A DNA stretch of 64,000 nucleotides, taken from the NCBI GenBank assembly GCA_965224085.1, contig CBDCYI010000009.1, positions 384,001-448,000 of the forward strand, read 5' to 3'. Positions 57,512 through 64,000 of this stretch are shown one piece after another. The DNA comes from Candidatus Marinacidobacterales bacterium (GTDB lineage: Bacteria; Acidobacteriota; Vicinamibacteria; Marinacidobacterales; SMYC01). The translations under genes were made by a program, and so were the position numbers. Positions within the stretch are counted from its first letter, which is position 1, and each line of letters opens with the position of its first letter. The notes beneath the pieces were generated by a model. The model had not been told where the DNA came from. It worked only from the letters and a program-made list of their open reading frames with translations, and ran no database searches.

Positions 57512-58680
57512 TAATAAACCCGCCGCCTTTGGCGGCGTGACCCGAAGAGCTTCGAGCGATGCGGCGTGTGCTAGGTTCCCCCCCCCCCGGAAGACCCTGT
57601 GGGGGCCTCCGAAAGGAGAACCTGCATGCACGAATGGAAAAGCCTGTCGCAAGTGCGATGGGAATGCAAGTAGCACGTGGTGATCATCCCCAAGTATCGT
57701 AGAAGGGTGTTATATGGGGACCTTCGTCGCCGCGTGGGGCGAATTCTTCGAGAGCTTTGTGAGCAGAGAGGAGTAGAAGTGAACAACCACCGCCTAGAAG
57801 GCGGTGGCTTCAAGGGCTGTCAATTGGAAATTGACTGTCGTCGTGAAGAGGCTCGCCATCCTGGGAGTCTATGTACTCCTTTACCATCTCGTCCGTTATG
57901 CTTCCTGAACTCACCGCCAGATATCCTCGGGCCCAGAAGTGCCGGCCCCAAAACTTCTTCCTCAGGTGAGCAAACTCCTGAAGGAGTACTCGGGAGCTTA
58001 TTCCTTTTAGCCACTGCACGATCGTACTCAAGGTCCTGGTGTGGTCGGTAGGATACGAACACGTGGACGTGGTCGCGTGCAACCTTACCCGAGATTATGT
58101 GCAGCTCATGTTCCATCGCGATCTGACGAATCAGATCGCGCACACGAACCGCTACTGGACCGATCAAAACCTTTTTACGATATTTCGGTATCCAAACGAT
58201 GTGCGCTTTTAGGTCCGTTTTCGTGTGCGCTCCGTGCCTGTAGTGACGCACGCGACCACAATACCACGATCTTCTCTTCGCCTAAAGGCGAGGGGTTTCG
58301 ACCATCCCCGGAAGAGACACTAATAGAAGGCAACGCGCAACCGGACCACATCCACCTGTGTATGAGCATACCTCCCAAGTACAGCGTATCTCACACGATC
58401 GGTTTTCTGAAAGGGAAGAGTGCAGTACGCATCCATCGAGAATTGCTGAAAGAACGCCGGATGAGGGGCTTGCATTTTTGGGCGAAGGGGTACTGTGTGA
58501 GTACGATTTGGCCTTGACGAGGAGCGAATAAGAAAGTACATCCGGGAGCAAGAAAAGCTTGAGTCTCGCCAAGGTGATCTCGACCTGAGTTAACGAGAGA
58601 CGGCCCCAACGGGGCCTTCCCAACATCATCGGCCCCCTCGGGGGGCCTTCCTAAACCCACGCCCTATGGGCGTGGTCGGT
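57512..58680 (+). mobile_element. Host IS200-like element; tnpA (57626-58593) inactivated by a stop, a nested IS200 and a frameshift
   Basis: MHEWKSLSQVRWECK*HVVIIPKYR...GVE|LIEG...DHIH...FWAKGY; terminal hairpins CGCCGCCTTTGGCGGCG and CCACGCCCTATGGGCGTGG. Confidence 0.85.
57779..58319 (-). mobile_element. IS200-like element, copy 2 (1-bp insertion near 58030 frameshifts tnpA)
   Basis: Matches 43095-43634 except for one extra A; removal restores the host reading frame GTA GAA CTA ATA. Confidence 0.92.
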
Positions 58681-58811
58681 GTTTGACGGACCCGCGTAGC
58701 TGGCAAATGTCTACGGTCGACACGTCGGGCTCCCTTACATATCGGTCGATCGGTTCAACTTCCTGAAACCAGGCTAGTTCCACGCTTCGCGCGCGGTGAG
58801 CCGCCACGGCC

Positions 58812-58909
58812 CGTCGGAACCTTTTACAATGTCTTCCCCCACGTAAAACGCACATGACTCCTAAATCATTGAGAGGACGCCGGTTGCTTTATAGGCATTC
58901 ATTTTGCAT
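58812..58909 (+). promoter_or_regulatory. PEP-CTERM-box-like enhancer plus sigma54 promoter
   Basis: CGTCGGAACCTTTTACA (58812-58828) and TAGGCATTCATTTTGCA (GG 58894, GC 58906) upstream of a PEP-CTERM gene. Confidence 0.7.
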
Positions 58910-58965
58910 CTGAGATCGAGGGCTGCGACGTGTCGTCGCAGGGCGAATGGGCGAAGGTCAATCGA

Positions 58966-59142
58966 ATGAGGAACGTCATGGGCGCACTGGTTAGGCTAGT
59001 CATCTATCTCTTAGCGATTCCAGCGATCGCACTCGCTGAGATTCCAGGACCGGCCGTCCCTGAGCCCGGCACCATGGCGCTTATCGCGCTCGGCGCCGTC
59101 ATCGGCATCGGCGTCAGGAGTTTGCGCCGCAGGCGCAAGTAA
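58966..59142 (+). CDS. Minimal PEP-CTERM protein
   Basis: Signal peptide ending ALA, then EIPGPA, VPEPGT, a TM helix and RRRRK. Confidence 0.85.
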   Translation: MRNVMGALVRLVIYLLAIPAIALAEIPGPAVPEPGTMALIALGAVIGIGVRSLRRRRK

Positions 59143-59307
59143 CGCCTGGATCGCTGCGCCGGGATCAGTGCGGCGCAGACACGGATTGCAAGACGAGGCT
59201 ACCTTTTTCGTCATGACACGATCGACGACGGCCGCTCTCCAACGGGACGAGCGGGATTAGATGCTACAGAGTACGAGTGGAGACGAGTTCCTGCCTCGCC
59301 TGAGGAG

Positions 59308-60390
59308 CTATCGACTGGCCCGGACGTCGTCGTATGTTTGCTGTACGAACCCGCTCTGGTCGAGTTCGCGCAGGATACGATCGTCGTAGAAATCCTCCGG
59401 CTCGTACTTCCGCATCTCGTGGGAGTCGTAGACCTCCATCGTCCGGCGAATACCGTCGTAGCATGGAAACGGTATTCGGGGAATCGCCGAAAGGTCATAC
59501 ATGAGCTCTGCATACCAGAGCGGAACGCCGTTCCAACGCTGAGCGACGTCCAGCGCGAGACCCCGATCCTCATGAAAGAGAGCAATCCCCTCGACAAGGG
59601 CTTTCAGGAAGCGGCGCATGGCTTCCTCATGCTCCGCGTCGTCTAGCCAGCGCCTCACGACTCGGACGCTGTTTCCGCCTACGGGGAGGTCACCCCAGCT
59701 CCGGGTATCCAGAAGTACTGGAAATCCTTCTTTTTGCGCCTCCGCATAGCGCCTCTCCCGTGCCACGATCGCATCCACTCGTCCTGCACGAAGATCGCTC
59801 ACCTCCGCTCCGTTGAGAATGATCGAGATGTCATTCACTGGGTCCCATCCCATCCGGTCGGCCAACTCGAGCACCACATATGCGGTGATGTTGTGCATCA
59901 GGCCCGACACGCCGATTCGCTTGCCCTTCAACTCTTCCAGACGCTCTATGCCGTGCGCGGCAACGATATGAGACCGGACGACGCAGTCCGTCGAGGCGAG
60001 CAGCACCAGCCCTCGATAGTCTAGATCGTTCACGCTCGCCACAACCTCCGGGGTGGCACCGTTCACAGTCACCTCTGGGCGCCATGGCCTTTGAAGGAGA
60101 CGATCCAATGCTCGCCGGACGAGAGAGCGTTCGCCTAGACCTCCTTCGAAATCTGGGGGTGGCATCCTGAGCTCGACGTCCAGACCGTACTTCGCGTACA
60201 GACCTTGGTCGGCCGCGATCAAGAAGGGGAGCTTGCTCACGGCCCGTGAGCCAAGTTCGACCTGCAGGGGCAGAGCATCGCTTGGCGCCAGCACGGTCCA
60301 GGCCCCGATACCGAGAGCGATTGATCCGACGACCGCAACCCCGAGTCGAACTCGCGATCTCACGGTCGGGGTCATTCGGCGCTCAATCAT
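59308..60390 (-). CDS. ABC transporter substrate-binding protein (NMT1/SsuA-like), orphan
   Basis: LPFLIAADQGLYAKYGLDVE, LEELKGKRIGV, LRAGRVDA, RRFLKALVEG. Confidence 0.85.
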   Translation of the reverse strand: MIERRMTPTVRSRVRLGVAVVGSIALGIGAWTVLAPSDALPLQVELGSRAVSKLPFLIAADQGLYAKYGLDVELRMPPPDFEGGLGERSLVRRALDRLLQRPWRPEVTVNGATPEVVASVNDLDYRGLVLLASTDCVVRSHIVAAHGIERLEELKGKRIGVSGLMHNITAYVVLELADRMGWDPVNDISIILNGAEVSDLRAGRVDAIVARERRYAEAQKEGFPVLLDTRSWGDLPVGGNSVRVVRRWLDDAEHEEAMRRFLKALVEGIALFHEDRGLALDVAQRWNGVPLWYAELMYDLSAIPRIPFPCYDGIRRTMEVYDSHEMRKYEPEDFYDDRILRELDQSGFVQQTYDDVRASR

Positions 60391-60688
60391 CGGCTAGGAT
60401 ATCTTGGAGCTAGGGCGACAAAAATCGCTACACCGGGTGACTCCTCCAAGTCTCGCTCCGGCACAGTCAAGTGTCCGGTCTGTTATCGCGCGGTTGCTCA
60501 GCCCGTTCGTAGAATGCGGAATTGATACTATACACTACAGTTGTTGGTCGAGAGTTTGCTCACCGGAAGCGCTGAGCGACGGGCGCTGCGGATCGGGGCC
60601 GGCCCGCAATTGTGGAGGGTTTTATCTGTCCTCGGCAGAGTCCACGATAGATAGCTTTGGAAATCATGGCGTGAACACCCCCGTACCT

Positions 60689-62410
60689 CTAGCGATTCGT
60701 CGGCACCCGTCGTTGCAGCTGCTTGAGCCAGCCGGTCGCGACTTTCAAGCGCGCTTTCGATTCGCTCCCGGGAAGAATCATCAGGAACCGCTGCCCGTCC
60801 GGAGCGACGTCGTATGATGGATTGCCATAAGCGTTCGTGCGATAGACTCCCTCGAACAACACTTGTGGCTCCCCCACCTCGAGCTCGGGCTCCGACGCGA
60901 TGGAAACCCTCATCAACCAGCTCCCCTCTCGATAGAAGAGCTCCGAGCCGTCTGGCCCCCAGACTGCCTCGGCCCCGCCCGCGGTCGTGATCTGGACCGG
61001 CTCACCGGGCCCGGGAAACGGGAGCAGGTAGACCTCATTCCGGCCGGAGCGGTTCGACACGAAGGCAATCCATCGGCCGTCCGGCGAGAACATGGGGGCT
61101 AGCTCGTTGAAGGGAGTCACCACGAGAGGTCTCGGTTGACGCTCACCCTCCATGGGAAGGACCCAGATATCCCGTTGCGTGGACGGATGGACTTCGTACA
61201 ACGCGAGGAACCGGCCGTCGCGCGACCACGAACCGGGTACCTGTTGGTTGTCTCGAGACAGGAGCTTTTCGGTAGCGCCTCCCTCCACCGCTCTCGAATA
61301 GAGACCCAGGCTTCCTTCCCGCTCCGAGTTGAACGTCACCCGCTTCCCGTCCGGCGTCCAGGCCGGGAAGAGGTTCTCGCCCTCGTACGTGGGAATCAAC
61401 CGGCGACGTTTCTCCCCCTCGTAGATCCAGATGTCGCGGCGGCCGCTCTCCTCGACGATGCGCACCGCGATCCGTCCGTCCGGGGAAACGCGTGGATACC
61501 AGAAGTCCTGACGGAGATCGGACACCGGCGTCGACTTCCCGCGCCGATCGACCCAGACGAGCAGGTGGTCCGCAGCTATCCCTCTCTCGACGTAGACGAG
61601 AGCCCCATTGCGAGCGATCGCGAAGTTCGCGACTCCAGAGACCGGATGAGCCGGGACCTTCTGCGGCAACGCCGTCTCGGGGCCGACCACGCGAAGGGCC
61701 TCGAGGTCGAACGGAACCGCAAAGAGTCCCGCGAGCTTTGCGTACACGAGGTGCCCGGTCGGTGCGTAGCGGGCGTCTGTACCTCCGCGAAGAAGCCGTT
61801 TGCGCTCCCCCGTTTCGAGGGAGAGCACTGCGATGGGCGCGTCCTTCGCCTCGTAGCTTCCCCATACGGTGAACAGAACGTTCTTTCCGCCCGGCAGGAT
61901 TTCGGGCCAACGGTGACTGTGCTCACCCTGATCGGATTCGGGAGTTGTCAGTACCGTGGGCGCACCTCCATCTGCGGAGACTCGATGGAGGCCCGACGCA
62001 CCACTGGGAGCGAACACGATGTAGTCGTCAGGGCCCCAGGCCGCGCCCCGGCTGTCGGCAGGCGCCTGGCAAATCGTATGGGACGACCCTCGGGTCAGCT
62101 CGATCTTTCTCAGCTCGCCGTCGGCAAAGAAACCGATCCACTTGCCATCGGGAGAGAAGAACGGATTTTGGGCTCCCTCGCTGCCGGGAATCGGGCGGGC
62201 ATCGAAACGATCGAGCTCTCCGACGTAGAGCCGTGTCGATCCGTGCTCGAAAGCAGCAACGACCAAAAGCGCCCCGTCCGGCGAGATGGCCAGAGGCCGG
62301 GAGGATCCCGTTTGCAGGGAGCTGACGTTCAGCTCGATCACGGAGCCTCCTGAAGTTTGTACCGGTGACGCCAGGACATGGCCACCCAGAAACGCTGCCC
62401 CCACGGCCAT
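60689..62410 (-). CDS. TolB/PD40 double beta-propeller protein (start uncertain, ORF open to 62572)
   Basis: ISPDG, PFFSPDGKWIGFF, HRWP..LPGG, PRVSPDG, WTPDG, FSPDGRWIAF, YDVAPDGQRFL. Confidence 0.85.
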   Translation of the reverse strand: MAVGAAFLGGHVLASPVQTSGGSVIELNVSSLQTGSSRPLAISPDGALLVVAAFEHGSTRLYVGELDRFDARPIPGSEGAQNPFFSPDGKWIGFFADGELRKIELTRGSSHTICQAPADSRGAAWGPDDYIVFAPSGASGLHRVSADGGAPTVLTTPESDQGEHSHRWPEILPGGKNVLFTVWGSYEAKDAPIAVLSLETGERKRLLRGGTDARYAPTGHLVYAKLAGLFAVPFDLEALRVVGPETALPQKVPAHPVSGVANFAIARNGALVYVERGIAADHLLVWVDRRGKSTPVSDLRQDFWYPRVSPDGRIAVRIVEESGRRDIWIYEGEKRRRLIPTYEGENLFPAWTPDGKRVTFNSEREGSLGLYSRAVEGGATEKLLSRDNQQVPGSWSRDGRFLALYEVHPSTQRDIWVLPMEGERQPRPLVVTPFNELAPMFSPDGRWIAFVSNRSGRNEVYLLPFPGPGEPVQITTAGGAEAVWGPDGSELFYREGSWLMRVSIASEPELEVGEPQVLFEGVYRTNAYGNPSYDVAPDGQRFLMILPGSESKARLKVATGWLKQLQRRVPTNR

Positions 62411-62929
62411 TGCCAGAGGACTCCGGCCGTTTTTTCCTCCCCGAAGGGGCTTTTCCTGTCCGCGGCGAAGCTCACGGCTCGTCAAACCCATCCCTCTTCC
62501 GCGATGACGGACGTCTGCAACGTAGCCATGAGCATGAGCAGGACGATGGCTAGAGTTCCCAGGCACTCCCAACTCTGCCGCATGGGCTTCTCCTTTCCGG
62601 ACCGGGCGCTCAAGCTTGCAAACACCTGGTAGCGTATATTAGCCCCGATCGGAAATAAAGTCTCTATTCGACAGGCCGTAATGGAAGAATTTCGGATCTA
62701 CCTCGAGAAGCGGAGACGCTCGCCGTTCGGGAGCTTGGCACGATCGGACCGAGTGGCGCCTCCCAACCACATATCGACCTGGCGATCGGACGGCGCCGCC
62801 ATCTTCTTCGTCGCCGACCCCGACGACTGTTATCGCCTCGACGAGCTGATTGGGAAACGGAGACGATCTCCTTTCGCGGCCGGTGAGAGGGTCACACTCC
62901 GACCGCTCGCGCTAATGACGTCCCGGCCC

Positions 62930-63229
62930 GGGGGTCAGAACGGCTCGTCGCCGGCGACGGTCGTGCGGTACATACGCGCCGGTACCTCTCTTCGTCGAAG
63001 GGCGTGGCGCAATGCATGGTCGAGCGGTTGTCCCACAGGATGGCGTCGCCCACCCTGCACTTGTGCCGGTAGACGAAGCGTGACTGGATGGCGAACTCCC
63101 GGAGCTCACGAATCAGGGCCCGACCTTCTTCTTCGTGCATTCCCACGATCTCCCAGGCGACGTTGAGCCCCTCGATCTTCCGCTTCGTCACCTCGGGCAG
63201 TGCGTCGTAGGCGGCGAAGAGATTGGTGA
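62930..63229 (-). pseudogene. TauD/TfdA dioxygenase remnant, internally deleted
   Basis: FTNLFAAYDALP....KIEGL joined to VYRHK..VGD.ILWDNRSTMH.A; cut by the IS91-like end. Confidence 0.75.
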
Positions 63230-64000
63230 AAGAATAGGAAAAATAACGCTGGTCGAGCGCGCGAAGATTAGTCGAAAGTTCGTTTGCAGGGGCTGCGGGC
63301 CGTGAAAAGGTGAAGGCCGTTGTGAGCGGAGGGATCGTTGAGCGACTAGCCGGACGAAAAAAAGGGGTTGTTGCGTGAAGTTGGACGCAGGAAGATCGTT
63401 TGAACGAGGAGCGAGACAAGCTCGGCTCTCGCGCCGTGGAAAGCGGAGTCAAAGTTCTAGGGGGGGGAGGAGCGCGAGCGTCCCGTCGGTTCAAGTGTTC
63501 GACAATTTTGGTAATCACCTTGGGATCGGTGATGAAGGCAAGGACGCGAAAACTTCCGCCGCAATCGCAAAGGAGCGGGTCGGTCTTGAAAACCCTCTGA
63601 GTCGCGCTCGTCCGGAGATTCAGGTCCAATTTTGAGATTGTCCTGTTTTCTCAGAGCACGCGCCCTGGAGGAATAGAAGCCGTAGTAATGGATGTTATGT
63701 TTTCGAGGCTCTGGGATCTGGATGATGACGCGAGCGATAAATTCGAAGACATCGAAGGTCTCCCCATCGGGATGGTTGAGCAAACTCAACTGGGGGTCGT
63801 CGTGCGAGGATTTTCCTTGGTAGAAAAGGGTGCGTGCGCCGGGGGTCCAATGGATGCGGGACAAAGAGAGGGGGCACCGTAACATGTAGCGGCCGATTCT
63901 CTCGAGTCCTTCGGAGTCTTGAGGCCAAACGGTGGGAGACGTGTCGACGGAGAAACCTGAATGTCGAAACGAATCGAGTAGGTCTATGCGTTGTTCACCC
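63230..64000 (-). mobile_element. IS91-family (Y2 rolling-circle) element: transposase 3' part in several frames plus oriIS end (partial)
   Basis: ERIGRYMLRCPLSL.R, EFIARV..QIP.PR.H.IHYYGFYS, DPLLCDCGG..RVLAFITD..VI.KI..HL..RAPP; terminal GCGTTATTTTTCCTATTC. Confidence 0.85.

Noticed and set aside
1-64000. CRISPR array, cas genes, rRNA or tRNA
   Set aside because: No regularly spaced short repeats or recognisable RNA genes were seen by eye; a scan was not possible.

Overview
GC-rich bacterial DNA. An Oar-type TonB-dependent receptor, GWxTD proteins, PD40 propellers and PEP-CTERM suggest Acidobacteriota (inference). The first 6 kb is housekeeping-like: ADH, a RelE-like fusion, MoxR with a coiled-coil membrane partner, an SGNH hydrolase and a second ADH. 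The rest is an accessory island with two themes. (1) Nested mobile elements. A group II twintron lies at 7587-11512. Its inner intron sits in the conserved domain-III CAUAGU/A motif of the outer intron and carries a matching EBS1. The outer intron sits in the terminal sequence of an IS256. One IS200-like element lies inside the right inverted repeat of an ISNCY, and a second copy lies inside another IS200 tnpA. IS5, ISAzo13, integrase and IS91-like relics are also present. (2) A large set of mostly exported amide/peptide hydrolases with uptake systems: three tandem mosaic DUF885 genes, eight amidohydrolases (six close paralogues with conserved ends and hypervariable loops), a D-aminoacylase, M20 and M24 enzymes with non-canonical metal ligands, an enolase-superfamily enzyme, CapA and CehA-like hydrolases, a TAXI-TRAP transporter and a TonB receptor. 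There is also a nearly cargo-less PEP-CTERM gene with its enhancer box and sigma54 promoter. No rRNA, tRNA or CRISPR array was seen. Several single-base frameshifts could be assembly errors. All family calls come from motif recognition by eye; no database searches were run.
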